From an archaeon (lineage in GTDB: Archaea > Aenigmatarchaeota > Aenigmatarchaeia > CG10238-14 > SCSR01): DNA of 64,000 bases. Numbering within the stretch: the stretch's first letter is position 1; each line of letters opens with the position of its first letter. Shown here piece by piece: positions 9,768 through 18,920 of the stretch. The position numbers and the translations under genes are program-made. A model generated the notes under the pieces. The model made no database searches. It worked only from the letters and a program-made list of their open reading frames with translations, and was not told where the DNA came from. Where the stretch lies: positions 1,329 through 65,328 of the forward strand of contig DATEAB010000045.1 of the NCBI GenBank assembly GCA_035288545.1, given 5' to 3'.

Positions 9768-10301
9768 TTGCGAAAGGTGTTGTGCTGGATGATAGACTTC
9801 GTGAAAATTCCTGAAGAGAGAATCAAGATGCTGAAGGCCGACCCACGCATCCAGAAGAAGTTTGAGGAGCTATGCCAGTGCAAGCTGCAGTTGAATGAGC
9901 AGGAACAAGAAGTGCAGATTGAATGCGACGACGGACTGATGATGCTGAAAGCAAAGGATGTTTTGAAAGCTTTCGGCCGGGGCTTCTCCAGTGACGATGC
10001 GCTCTACCTGCTTGACGACGATTACTATCTTGAGATCATTAACATAACAGAATTTGTTGGAAAGGACAAGGATCGCGTCAAGACGATGAAAGGAAGACTT
10101 ATAGGCGCGGAGGGGCATAGTAAGAAGACAATAGAAAAAGACACGAATTGCAAAACGGCAATATATGGAAAAAGCATAAGTATTATAGGAAAGTGGGACG
10201 ACGTGCTGGCAGCAAAGAAAGTTGTTTTGCGACTTCTTTATGGAAGCAAGCATTCGACTGTTTATCGCATGCTGGAAGAGAGAAAGAAATTCAAGGGATG
10301 A
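9768..10301 (+). CDS. KH-domain RNA-binding protein, Pno1/Dim2-like
   Basis: 177 aa. RLIGAEGHSKKTIEKDTNCKTAIYGKSISIIG is a KH GxxG-type motif. Sits immediately downstream of eif1A, the usual archaeal neighbourhood for Dim2. Confidence 0.6.
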   Translation: MRKVLCWMIDFVKIPEERIKMLKADPRIQKKFEELCQCKLQLNEQEQEVQIECDDGLMMLKAKDVLKAFGRGFSSDDALYLLDDDYYLEIINITEFVGKDKDRVKTMKGRLIGAEGHSKKTIEKDTNCKTAIYGKSISIIGKWDDVLAAKKVVLRLLYGSKHSTVYRMLEERKKFKG

Positions 10302-12017
10302 ATGGGGAGAAGATTGAGACAGATGGCAGAACAAAGAGTTTTGACCGCAGAAGAAATGGCAAAGACGATGCGCGAAGTCTCTGTCGCCGAGTTCTTCGAA
10401 AAAAACAGGCACCTGCTTGGGTATGAAAACACGACGAAGGCATTGATAACAATTATCAAGGAACTTGTGGACAATTCGCTCGATGCGTGCGACGAGGCTG
10501 GCATACTTCCAGACATAAAAGTGCAGATAAAGGAAGTCGGCCCTGATCGTTTTCGAATTTCAAACGAGGACAACGGGCCTGGAGTTGTTGCAGAAAAAGT
10601 TCCTTTCGCGTTCGGCTCGCTTCTGTACGGAAGCAAGTTCCACCGCCTTCGACAGTCGAGAGGAACTCAAGGTATCGGAGTCAGCGGCGCAATACTTTAC
10701 TCGCAGCTGACGGCTGGAAAGCATGCGAAAGTTTCTGCTTCGACCGGAAAAGCACTCCATGATTTCGAGATCGGGATTGATGTTGCGAAGAACCAGCCGC
10801 ACGTTTTCTCGCACAAGGAACAGAAAAATCCTGACAACTGGCACGGGATAAGAATCGAGATGGAGGCAGAGGGGCGTTACATAGAAGGAAAGCAATCGGT
10901 CGCGGAATATCTTAAGCAGACTGCCATCGCTAACCCGCATGCGAAAATTGTTTACGACGGACCGAACGGAAAAATTAATTTTGACCGCGTGCTGAAAGAA
11001 GTTCCGAAGCAGCCGAAGGAAATTCGCCCTCATCCGTATGGAATCGAGCTCGGAATTTTGCGGAGAATGCTTGCAGGCACGAAGGCGCGAAACGTTGTCG
11101 GCTTTCTCACCTCGGAATTTTCCCGAGTAGGAAAAGGTTCGGCCGAGCAGATTTGCAAGCTTGCGAAGATTGAGTTCAGCCGCAAGGCACAAAGCCTGAC
11201 GCACGAGGAGTCAGAGCGACTGCACAAGGCGATGCAGATGGTCAAGCTCATCGCGCCGCCGACCGACGTGCTGAGTCCGATGGGGGAGCATGTCATAACC
11301 GAAGGGTTGAAGAAAGAATTGAAGGCCGATTTTTACGTTGCAATCTCCCGCTCGCCGACAGTCTATCGCGGATATCCGTTCCAGGTCGAGGTCGGAATCG
11401 CTTACGGCGGGGAACTACAGCAAGAAGGTACTGCTCAATTGTTCCGGTTTGGGAACAAAGTTCCGCTGCTTTACCATCAGAGCGACTGCGCGACTGCATC
11501 AGCGGCAACAGAAGTCAACTGGCGCTCTTACGGACTTTCGCAATCCGGAGGAGGCCTGCCTCAGGGGCCGGTCGCAATTTTAATCCACTTCGCCTCCGTG
11601 TGGGTGCCGTTCACATCAGAAGGAAAGCAGGCGATTGCGGAATATCCGGAAATCGTAAAAGAAATAAAGCTGGCACTGCAGGATGCCGGACGAAAGCTCT
11701 CGCACTTCGTCAATCAGAGAAGGCGGGCGCAGGCACAGGCAATGCGCAGGCAGATTTTCGAAAGATACATGCCGGTCGTTGCTGAGTCTCTTTCAAAACT
11801 CACGAAGAGAGACGAAAAAACTATTTTAAAGAAGTTTGAGGATGTAATAAAGAAGAGAGCAGCAATTATGGCGGAAGCAGAAAAATCTGAGGAAGAAAAT
11901 AAAGAAGGAAAGGAAGACGTCGGGGAAGTCATCGGAGAAAGTATGGTTGAGGTGGAAGAGGGTAACGAGGAAAAAAACGAGAAAGACAAGGAAAAGAAAA
12001 AAGGTGAAGAGGAATGA
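10302..12017 (+). CDS. top6B: DNA topoisomerase VI subunit B
   Basis: 571 aa. GHKL ATPase Bergerat fold (ELVDNSLDACDE...NGPGV...GTQGIGVSGA), transducer domain, and an acidic K/E-rich C-terminal tail. 4-nt overlap with top6A. Confidence 0.9.
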   Translation: MGRRLRQMAEQRVLTAEEMAKTMREVSVAEFFEKNRHLLGYENTTKALITIIKELVDNSLDACDEAGILPDIKVQIKEVGPDRFRISNEDNGPGVVAEKVPFAFGSLLYGSKFHRLRQSRGTQGIGVSGAILYSQLTAGKHAKVSASTGKALHDFEIGIDVAKNQPHVFSHKEQKNPDNWHGIRIEMEAEGRYIEGKQSVAEYLKQTAIANPHAKIVYDGPNGKINFDRVLKEVPKQPKEIRPHPYGIELGILRRMLAGTKARNVVGFLTSEFSRVGKGSAEQICKLAKIEFSRKAQSLTHEESERLHKAMQMVKLIAPPTDVLSPMGEHVITEGLKKELKADFYVAISRSPTVYRGYPFQVEVGIAYGGELQQEGTAQLFRFGNKVPLLYHQSDCATASAATEVNWRSYGLSQSGGGLPQGPVAILIHFASVWVPFTSEGKQAIAEYPEIVKEIKLALQDAGRKLSHFVNQRRRAQAQAMRRQIFERYMPVVAESLSKLTKRDEKTILKKFEDVIKKRAAIMAEAEKSEEENKEGKEDVGEVIGESMVEVEEGNEEKNEKDKEKKKGEEE

Positions 12018-13087
12018 AAGAATCTATAAAAAAACTTGAACAGCTTGGAGAAAAAGTGCTGAAAGATGTTGAGAAAGGGGAAAATCCGAATCTTGACATC
12101 CCGCTGAGAACTCTTTCAAATGTCAAGTACGACAAGAAGACTGGAATGCTGACGATTGGCGACAAGTCTGCAAAAAGATATTTCTTCAACGTCGCTCACG
12201 CCAAAAAATTCATGCAGACAATGATGGTTGCTGCTTTTACAAAGGAATTGCTTGAAGAAGGCATACATACGAGCCTCAGGGATGCGTTCTACGCACTGAA
12301 GCGAACTTTTCCTAACTCTAATGAAAACACTTTTGATGAGCAAAGCGAAAGCGATCCGATAATCGTTGATATCGAGGTCGCCCTTGACATTTTACGTGAG
12401 CAATTGCATTTGTCAGCTGACGTGCGCGGCCGCGTGGTCGGAGATGTCGTTATCGAGGACAGAGGAGACTCGGTCGACTGGTCGAAGCTCGGCTCTGGCG
12501 GCTGGAGCATGCCGTCGAATGTGGAGGAAATAAAATTCAAGAAAGTGAAGGCAGATTTCATACTTGTAATAGAGAAGAACGCAGCGTTCGAACGATTGCA
12601 TGAAGATAAATTCTGGCAAAAACACAAATGCATCTTGCTGACAACGCAAGGTCAAGCAGCTCGCGGTGTGAGAAGAGTAATTCAACGTCTTTCTTCAGAA
12701 TTCAAACTCCCGGTTTACGTTTTGACTGATATCGACTCATACGGGCTTTACATCTACTCGGTTATCAAGCGCGGGTCAATTTCACTGAGTCATGTTTCTG
12801 ATCGCCTAGGCACGCCGAACGCGAAATTCCTTGGGCTGACGATGGACGATATAGAGAAGTACGGGCTGCAGAAGTTCACCATCAAGGCGGAAGACACTGA
12901 CATAAAGCGCGCGCAGGAGCTGATGAACTACGAATGGTTCAAGAGTCCTGACTGGCAAAGACAGCTTAAGATGCTGATGCAGAAGAAGATAAAGGCGGAA
13001 CTTGAGGCGCTGTCCGGCCGCGGGCTGAAATTCATGACAGAAACTTACTTGCCTGAGAAGCTGAAGAAGAAAGAATTTCTTGACTGA
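12014..13087 (+). CDS. top6A: DNA topoisomerase VI subunit A (Spo11 family)
   Basis: 357 aa with a winged-helix catalytic-Tyr region and Toprim domain (...LVIEKNAAFERL...LLTTQGQAARGVRR...VLTDIDSYGLYI). Confidence 0.9.
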   Translation: MKESIKKLEQLGEKVLKDVEKGENPNLDIPLRTLSNVKYDKKTGMLTIGDKSAKRYFFNVAHAKKFMQTMMVAAFTKELLEEGIHTSLRDAFYALKRTFPNSNENTFDEQSESDPIIVDIEVALDILREQLHLSADVRGRVVGDVVIEDRGDSVDWSKLGSGGWSMPSNVEEIKFKKVKADFILVIEKNAAFERLHEDKFWQKHKCILLTTQGQAARGVRRVIQRLSSEFKLPVYVLTDIDSYGLYIYSVIKRGSISLSHVSDRLGTPNAKFLGLTMDDIEKYGLQKFTIKAEDTDIKRAQELMNYEWFKSPDWQRQLKMLMQKKIKAELEALSGRGLKFMTETYLPEKLKKKEFLD

Positions 13088-13142
13088 TTTGGACTGAGAA
13101 AAAACTTCAAATAAATATGCTTCTTTCTCTAAATGAGATATT

Positions 13143-13841
13143 ATGTCCAGGAAATTTAAGAAACACATTGCACTAATTCCCGCGTTCAATGAGGAGCGAA
13201 ACATCGAAGAAGTAATCCTGCATATGCGCAAGCATCCACATATCGACGTGATTGTTATTGACGACGGAAGCACTGACACAACACCTGAGATTGTGAAGAG
13301 GATGGGAGTAATTCTTGTCAGGCATGAGGTCAACAAGGGAAAGGGCGAGGCTCTCAACACAGCCTTCCGCTACATTTTGAAAAATCACCGTCGCGCAAAA
13401 TACGTCGTGCTTATTGACGCCGACCTCCAGTACCATCCCAACGATGCTTGGAAACTTTTGGAACCGCTGGAAAACGGAGAGGCAGATTTTGTCATGGGTT
13501 ATCGCAACTTCAAAAGAATGCCCTTCCGCCACGTTTTGGGAAATTTCGTATGGCGGACTTTTTTCAACACAATGTTCGGAACTGATTTCCCTGATACAAA
13601 CTGCGGATACATGGCAATGACGACTGATGCGATAAAAAAGATCGGAAGAGTTCATGGCGGTTATATAATTGAAAACTCCATGCTTGCACAGTCAGTGAGA
13701 AAGCATCTACGCGTCAAGCATGTCGGGGTGAAGGTAAGCTACAAGCACATCAGCGAAGTCCCTCGCGGCATTCGTGTTGTCGCCGGCGTGCTGATTTACA
13801 TATTTACAGAAGGATTTAAATATCGATTAGGAATTAAATAA
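13143..13841 (+). CDS. Family-2 glycosyltransferase (dolichyl-phosphate sugar synthase-like)
   Basis: 232 aa. ALIPAFNEERNIEE...VIVIDDGSTDTT...LIDADLQYHP are the GT2 DxD and acceptor motifs. Confidence 0.75.
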   Translation: MSRKFKKHIALIPAFNEERNIEEVILHMRKHPHIDVIVIDDGSTDTTPEIVKRMGVILVRHEVNKGKGEALNTAFRYILKNHRRAKYVVLIDADLQYHPNDAWKLLEPLENGEADFVMGYRNFKRMPFRHVLGNFVWRTFFNTMFGTDFPDTNCGYMAMTTDAIKKIGRVHGGYIIENSMLAQSVRKHLRVKHVGVKVSYKHISEVPRGIRVVAGVLIYIFTEGFKYRLGIK

Positions 13842-13851
13842 ATTGCTAGTC

Positions 13852-13947
13852 GGGACAGTAGCTCAACCCGGGAGAGCAACTGATGATGAATCAGCTCTAT
13901 ATCGCCTGAAGAGCGATGTGTTCGGAGTTCAAATCTCCGCTGTCCCA
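13852..13947 (+). tRNA. tRNA-Phe(GAA) with a ~22-nt insertion between the D stem and the anticodon stem
   Basis: GGGACAG-TA-GCTCAACCCGGGAGAGC-[AACTGATGATGAATCAGCTCTAT]-ATCGC-CTGAAGA-GCGAT-GTGTT-CGGAGTTCAAATCTCCG-CTGTCCC-A. The anticodon arm is a perfect stem with the classic Phe loop CUGAAGA. The insert position (about 25/26) is non-canonical. Confidence 0.75.
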
Positions 13948-14005
13948 TACTTTTAACGGGCAAAATAAAATAAGTAAATAGAAAAATGGAACGAGTTGAA
14001 AAGAA

Positions 14006-14578
14006 ATGCAGGAAAAAATTTTGGAAGGAGAATTAATTGAAAATCGCGTGATACTTTGGGATAGCGAAGCTGTCAGCATTTACGACGAGAACGGTTATGG
14101 GAAGCCGCTGCCTGAAGAAAAACCAAATCGCGTCGAACTTGAGCTGATTGAAGCAGTTTACCTTGTAGAGAAAGAGAAGTTGAAAGTTTTTGTGAAGGAA
14201 GAGGGTAAGAAAAAAAAGAAAGAAGTTGAGTTTAAAGAGTTGTTGGAGATAGGAAGCAAACAGGTGAACGAATTTCATCCGCAATTCATAGTTTTTCGCG
14301 ATTTGCGCGAGCGCGGCTACTTGGTCAAATCAGGGTTCAAGTTCGGCACCCACTTCCGATTGTACGAACGCGGTGTGAAGCTGAAAAGAGGGCCGAAGGA
14401 GGCAGGCGAGCACACAAAGGCCGTCGTGCATGCGGTTCCTGAAGAGGCTGCGTTCAGTCTTCCTGAGATGTCCCGTGCAGTGCGGCTTGCCCACAACATT
14501 CGAGCGACTTTCTGGTGGGCTGTTGTTGATCGTGAAGGCAGTGTAACGTATTACGAAATAAAGAGGCTTACTCCTTGA
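14006..14578 (+). CDS. endA: tRNA-splicing endonuclease EndA
   Basis: 190 aa. FRDLRERGYLVKSGFKFGTHFRLYERG...AVVHAV...RLAHNIRA aligns with the archaeal EndA catalytic domain (catalytic Tyr/His/Lys context). Immediately downstream of the intron-bearing tRNA-Phe. Confidence 0.85.
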   Translation: MQEKILEGELIENRVILWDSEAVSIYDENGYGKPLPEEKPNRVELELIEAVYLVEKEKLKVFVKEEGKKKKKEVEFKELLEIGSKQVNEFHPQFIVFRDLRERGYLVKSGFKFGTHFRLYERGVKLKRGPKEAGEHTKAVVHAVPEEAAFSLPEMSRAVRLAHNIRATFWWAVVDREGSVTYYEIKRLTP

Positions 14579-14585
14579 GTGATTA

Positions 14586-14942
14586 GTGTTTATTATGGGA
14601 CGAATAAAAACTACTTTTATAAAAAACCTTGCGCGCGAATTGATCGAGAAAGAGACCGAGAAATTTTCTGCTGACTACAAGAAGAACAAGGAAATTGTCA
14701 AGCAGCTCGTCGACATAAAATCCAAACGAATGAGGAACATTGTCGCTGGATACATAACTGCGCTGAAAGGAAAGGAGAAAAGAACTGCTGTTGGCGGCTG
14801 GGACTACAGGGAAAGAGGTAGCACGGGAAGGGAGGATAGAGAAGGAAGAGGAAGCGGGAGAATGGGCGGAAGAGGAGTCGGAGGAGGCCGAGGCGGAAGG
14901 AGCGACAGGGGCGAGAGAAGAGGAGGAAGAGGCAGAAGATAA
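14586..14942 (+). CDS. rps17e: Ribosomal protein S17e with a C-terminal RGG/Gly-Arg-rich extension
   Basis: The N-terminal 65 aa (MGRIKTTFIKNLARELIEKETEKFSADYKKNKEIVKQLVDIKSKRMRNIVAGYIT) match eS17. About 50 extra residues GRGSGRMGGRGVGGGRGGRSDRGERRGGRGRR follow. Confidence 0.78.
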   Translation: MFIMGRIKTTFIKNLARELIEKETEKFSADYKKNKEIVKQLVDIKSKRMRNIVAGYITALKGKEKRTAVGGWDYRERGSTGREDREGRGSGRMGGRGVGGGRGGRSDRGERRGGRGRR

Positions 14943-14982
14943 AAGATAATTATAATTCTTTAAAAGAGCAATTAATTTCTAG

Positions 14983-16125
14983 GTGTATTTTTTGAAAGGG
15001 CGTCTTCGTCTTGGTTTGAAAGGTCAGGCACAAAAAATCGATGAGTTCGCGTTTGTCCTCATGGCAGGAGTCGTCCTTATTCTCGTGCTGACGATTGCAT
15101 GGGGTTCTCTGGCCCGCGGGCCGGTTGGGGTTTCTCCTACAGAAAAAGTTCTGACAATTGCACGCGGCGACTCGAAAGATTTTACCCTGGCAATCAACGG
15201 GACGGCAATCAACGTCACGCTGCAGACAAGAGGGGAGATAGCGAATTGGATCAGCTTTGAGCAGAACAATTTCGATGTGGACGGCACGACAGAAGTGCAG
15301 GCGACCGTATTCGTGCCAAGCGACGCAGAGGAGAGGATATACGAGGGAAAGATAGACGTAATAACTGGGACAAACAAGAAGACTGTTGATGTGAGGGTGC
15401 AGATTTCCGCCACCACGGTTGCAGACGTCGTGAAGAACATTCGGTTCGGAGACTTTTCTGTCAGTTATTCCGTAGGTTCTGAGACCGCTGGGGAAAGAAG
15501 TAATTTCGAGGTTTCTCATGGATACTTCTCAGACTATCCAGCCACAGTCGTCGCGGTTTTGACTCAGGACAGGCTCGACATCACTACTGCCGGGGAAATC
15601 ATGATTGAGGTCGACCAGACGAACGACGCAGGCAATCTCATCGTCGAGTTTAACGGGCAGCAGGTCTACAACCAGCGCGCATCTCCAGGCGAGATCAGAA
15701 TTCCAGTCGACAAGTCGATGATAAAACGCTCGAACAACATCGTGCTGCGCGCGGACGTGCCAGGTTTCAGATTCTGGATGAACACAGTCTACAAAATAAA
15801 GAGCGCCTCGTTCAGCGTCGATTTCTTCGGAGTCGTGTCTAAGGACATTGAATTCAAACTCACTCAAAGCGAGCTTGATGGCTTCAAGTTCGGAAAGCTC
15901 TCATTTGCAATACGCAGATACAACCCCGCTGCAGTCAACCAGCTTGTGATAAAAATTAACGACGAGATACTCTACGACGACATACCGACAATCGCCTCAT
16001 TCTCGAAAACTTTCGGCATAGAAATTCCTCTTAACGTCGGCACAAACGAAATTTCCTTCTCAGTTCCGAAAGAGGCGTTTTATGAATTGAACAATGTGGT
16101 TCTTTCAATCGTCCGTGAAGCCTGA
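14983..16125 (+). CDS. Secreted or membrane-anchored hypothetical protein, possible class III (pilin-like) signal peptide
   Basis: 380 aa. N-terminus LKGQAQKIDEFAFVLMAGVVLILVLTIAWG has a basic stretch, G-Q, then a hydrophobic helix. No homology recognised. The antisense ORFs overlapping it are rejected. Confidence 0.4.
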   Translation: MYFLKGRLRLGLKGQAQKIDEFAFVLMAGVVLILVLTIAWGSLARGPVGVSPTEKVLTIARGDSKDFTLAINGTAINVTLQTRGEIANWISFEQNNFDVDGTTEVQATVFVPSDAEERIYEGKIDVITGTNKKTVDVRVQISATTVADVVKNIRFGDFSVSYSVGSETAGERSNFEVSHGYFSDYPATVVAVLTQDRLDITTAGEIMIEVDQTNDAGNLIVEFNGQQVYNQRASPGEIRIPVDKSMIKRSNNIVLRADVPGFRFWMNTVYKIKSASFSVDFFGVVSKDIEFKLTQSELDGFKFGKLSFAIRRYNPAAVNQLVIKINDEILYDDIPTIASFSKTFGIEIPLNVGTNEISFSVPKEAFYELNNVVLSIVREA

Positions 16126-16147
16126 AAAATTTGGAAAATTTAGTATT

Positions 16148-17017
16148 TTAAACACCAATTACAAGCCGCAGGAAATCTCGAGTCGACGTCGCGCTTCCTA
16201 AAATTCCGATTACCAGCTTCAGATAATTGTTGAAATTTCTATCGTCGGAATATTTATCAATCAGAACTAGCGCCGCGATGACCGCGACAGCCTTAACAAT
16301 TATGAATGACGCGGGACCGAACTGGCCGATGAAAAGCTTCGGAAGGAAATGCTGCTCAAGATAGCCGAAAAAATTCAACGACACGAAAGTGTTGGTAGCG
16401 TCAAACATCTGGACTGAGGCGACGACTTTGTTCGATTCTTTCCATCTGATGAAATGAAACAAAATCGGCCAGGGCGCGAAAAATGCGAGGATTAGAAAAA
16501 GAGCATTTGCGTTGAATGAAAAATTGTTTGCGTGCGCGGCCAGCAGTGCGAAGGGAATTGCTGCAAAAACAATTCCTGTCGTCGTCATTGTTTTGTAATA
16601 CGGAATCTTTCTTTTCCTTTCGATGAAAAGCGCGGCGATGAGCGTGATGAAGGTGGCTGAGAAAATTACGAAATAGATGAGAGGAGTGATGAATAGAAAG
16701 CTGAAGAAGATGTTTGCATCGACGAGGACACGCGAAGCGCTGCCGAAAATAATGAACGGAGCGATCGACATGCCGAGGCGTCTGTCGATTTTGACGTGAA
16801 GTTTGTTGAGAGCATTGTAGATAAGATAAGCTGCTATGACAAGAATCGTTGCATAAATTGTGGTGTTGATTAGATTGTAGCCTTGGTTGAGCATGATGGG
16901 ATTGACGAAATATGTTTGGAAAAAATCCTCAAGTACAGACGGCATAAATGACCTAAAAGAAATAATACCTTTCGAGTTTAAATTTAACTTATGGAAGCTT
17001 TCGCCAAGAAATTTCAC
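16148..17017 (-). CDS. Polytopic membrane protein (unassigned)
   Basis: 289 aa with about 8 hydrophobic helices. Start uncertain (MKFLGES vs internal MPSVLED). Confidence 0.4.
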   Translation of the reverse strand: MKFLGESFHKLNLNSKGIISFRSFMPSVLEDFFQTYFVNPIMLNQGYNLINTTIYATILVIAAYLIYNALNKLHVKIDRRLGMSIAPFIIFGSASRVLVDANIFFSFLFITPLIYFVIFSATFITLIAALFIERKRKIPYYKTMTTTGIVFAAIPFALLAAHANNFSFNANALFLILAFFAPWPILFHFIRWKESNKVVASVQMFDATNTFVSLNFFGYLEQHFLPKLFIGQFGPASFIIVKAVAVIAALVLIDKYSDDRNFNNYLKLVIGILGSATSTRDFLRLVIGV

Positions 17018-17959
17018 AAGAAAATCATTCCGATATTCTTTCTTTTCCTAGCAGTTTTCGTCTCTGGCTGCATCACCCTTGGCGGTGGGCCTGGCATACA
17101 ATACAAAAACGATGTGATTACTGTAGAGGATTATGTAATAACTGAAACGAATCCGATTCCTGGCAGCACCACCACGATAAAATTTTTGCTGAGGAACAAC
17201 GGCGACCGTGAAGTCCCGCGCGCGGTTGTTGATTTCTACGACACGAAGGGGCTGAAGACTAGCGTGAATTGCAAGAACGAAAACCAACTGAATGACCACT
17301 CGTGCCAGTACACCAAAATTGCTAGCTTTGACGACAGGACGTTTGAGATAACTTTCACTATTCCGAACAAGGAAGAGATAGATGTCAGAGGGGCTACGAC
17401 CTTCAACATCAATTACAAGATCGAGTACGACTACCAGGGATCGAGAAGGATAACGATTCCTGTCATCGACGACACAAGACTGAAAGAGCCGAGGACAAAA
17501 TATCAGACCGGCCAGCCGTCCGTCGGTCCGATTGTTGCTGAATTCGACCCGCCTGTCGGCAGGACAACGAAGAAAGACAGCCAAGTAATTAAGGAATATT
17601 GGGGCGTGAGGAATTCACCGTTTGAAATAAAAGTAAGTTTCAAAAACGTCGGCACAACCACTGTCGGGCAGATAAAGCCTGTCAACATTTCGGCAGGAAA
17701 GGCCACGCTTAAACTGACAGGACTTCACACGGACTCACAGAGGCGCTGCGACTTTTCAGGCACCAGCGGCACGATTTCCTCGAAGTTCGACATAACAGTC
17801 CCAGACAATCTTGTCTGCAATTTCATAGCAGATTTCAACAACGTCTGCCCGCCTACGTGCGAGAAGACCGTTGCAGTTGATGCATTGTTTTCGTACACAT
17901 ACAGCATACAGAGGTCAGAGACGTTGCAGATTACCGTGGAAAGAGTGAAAACGCAATAA
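16991..17959 (+). CDS. Secreted lipobox-containing protein (paralog of 18064..18912)
   Basis: 322 aa. Signal peptide ...FLFLAVFVSGCITLGGGPG has lipobox-like VSGC followed by a Gly-rich linker. The next gene has the same architecture. Confidence 0.5.
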   Translation: MEAFAKKFHKKIIPIFFLFLAVFVSGCITLGGGPGIQYKNDVITVEDYVITETNPIPGSTTTIKFLLRNNGDREVPRAVVDFYDTKGLKTSVNCKNENQLNDHSCQYTKIASFDDRTFEITFTIPNKEEIDVRGATTFNINYKIEYDYQGSRRITIPVIDDTRLKEPRTKYQTGQPSVGPIVAEFDPPVGRTTKKDSQVIKEYWGVRNSPFEIKVSFKNVGTTTVGQIKPVNISAGKATLKLTGLHTDSQRRCDFSGTSGTISSKFDITVPDNLVCNFIADFNNVCPPTCEKTVAVDALFSYTYSIQRSETLQITVERVKTQ

Positions 17960-18063
17960 AAAAGAACGGCTCAATGGATAAGCAACTATGCTTAAATTAT
18001 AAGCCAAAAGCGACCAAAATATAATTAATAGCAAACGACAGCGAGATGAAATGATAAGAGGAA

Positions 18064-18912
18064 ATGGCAAGAGGAAATGAAGTTATGCACAAGAAAGATT
18101 TGAAAAAACTTGCACTTCTTTTTCCAATCGTGTTTTTGGCAGGATGCATACAGCTCGGAGGCGGCGGGGCAGGCACCGGACCTGGCCTTTCTATTAATAG
18201 CTTTTCTCCGTCAGACACGCAGGTCGAACCAGGCACTACTGTTGTGCTGACTCTTATTCTCGAGAACCGCGGCAACTCTATTGCAAGAAACATACGCATC
18301 GAACTCGGCGGGTTGACCGACGACTGGCAGATTGATGGCAGAAGCAGGAGCATTCCTGACTTGGACAAGGCGGATCCCTCACGCGGAGTGAACACGGCAC
18401 CGCGCGATACTCTTGACTGGACGCTCGTTCCTCCAGGACTTTCGAACAAGCTCGATTACCAGGCAGTCGCGCAGGTGACTTACGATTACAGCACAACTCT
18501 CGACACGCTCATTCGTGCAACGTCTCAGGATTACTGGAGGACTAACAAGCCGAAGACCGGCGTTATCGGTCCGAGCAATGTCGCGACCGGCCCGATTTCC
18601 GTAACAGTCAAAGCTCCGAATTCAGTTTTCGCCGGCTCAAGCGTTCCTGTTTATTTTGAGTTCCACAACACCGCCTCAGGTCGTGTTGTCGGCCCTGCGA
18701 TTGACACGGTAAACGTGCAGATATCAGGCAGCGGAATCTCGTGCCAGAAATCTCAGGTCAAGCTGATACAAGGAAAGGACGGCTTCCTGAGGTGCGACGC
18801 GTCGACAGGCGGCGTGTCTACGTTCAAGGACTTCCGCGTGTCTATGACAGCCAGCTACGCATACCAGCTAACTTCCATCACAACGATAAGTGTTCTTCCG
18901 CGAGCTGGATAA
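18064..18912 (+). CDS. Secreted lipobox-containing protein (paralog of 16991..17959)
   Basis: 282 aa. ...LLFPIVFLAGCIQLGGGGAGTGPG has lipobox LAGC followed by the same Gly-rich linker. Confidence 0.5.
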   Translation: MARGNEVMHKKDLKKLALLFPIVFLAGCIQLGGGGAGTGPGLSINSFSPSDTQVEPGTTVVLTLILENRGNSIARNIRIELGGLTDDWQIDGRSRSIPDLDKADPSRGVNTAPRDTLDWTLVPPGLSNKLDYQAVAQVTYDYSTTLDTLIRATSQDYWRTNKPKTGVIGPSNVATGPISVTVKAPNSVFAGSSVPVYFEFHNTASGRVVGPAIDTVNVQISGSGISCQKSQVKLIQGKDGFLRCDASTGGVSTFKDFRVSMTASYAYQLTSITTISVLPRAG

Positions 18913-18920
18913 ATTTTAAG

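Noticed and set aside
10560-11989. Several minus-strand ORFs (10560..11204, 11030..11296, 11293..11508, 11714..11989) inside top6B
   Set aside because: Antisense to a well-supported GHKL ATPase gene. Compositionally aberrant (Arg/Ser-rich).
13897-14079. 60-aa minus ORF
   Set aside because: Overlaps tRNA-Phe and the start of endA. Spurious.
14950-15867. Minus-strand ORFs 14950..15519, 15024..15440, 15529..15867
   Set aside because: Antisense to the 380-aa secreted-protein gene. Cys/Arg-rich translations with no domains.
17048-18449. Minus-strand ORFs antisense to the two lipobox paralogs
   Set aside because: Shadow ORFs of GC-richer coding sequence. No start context or motifs.
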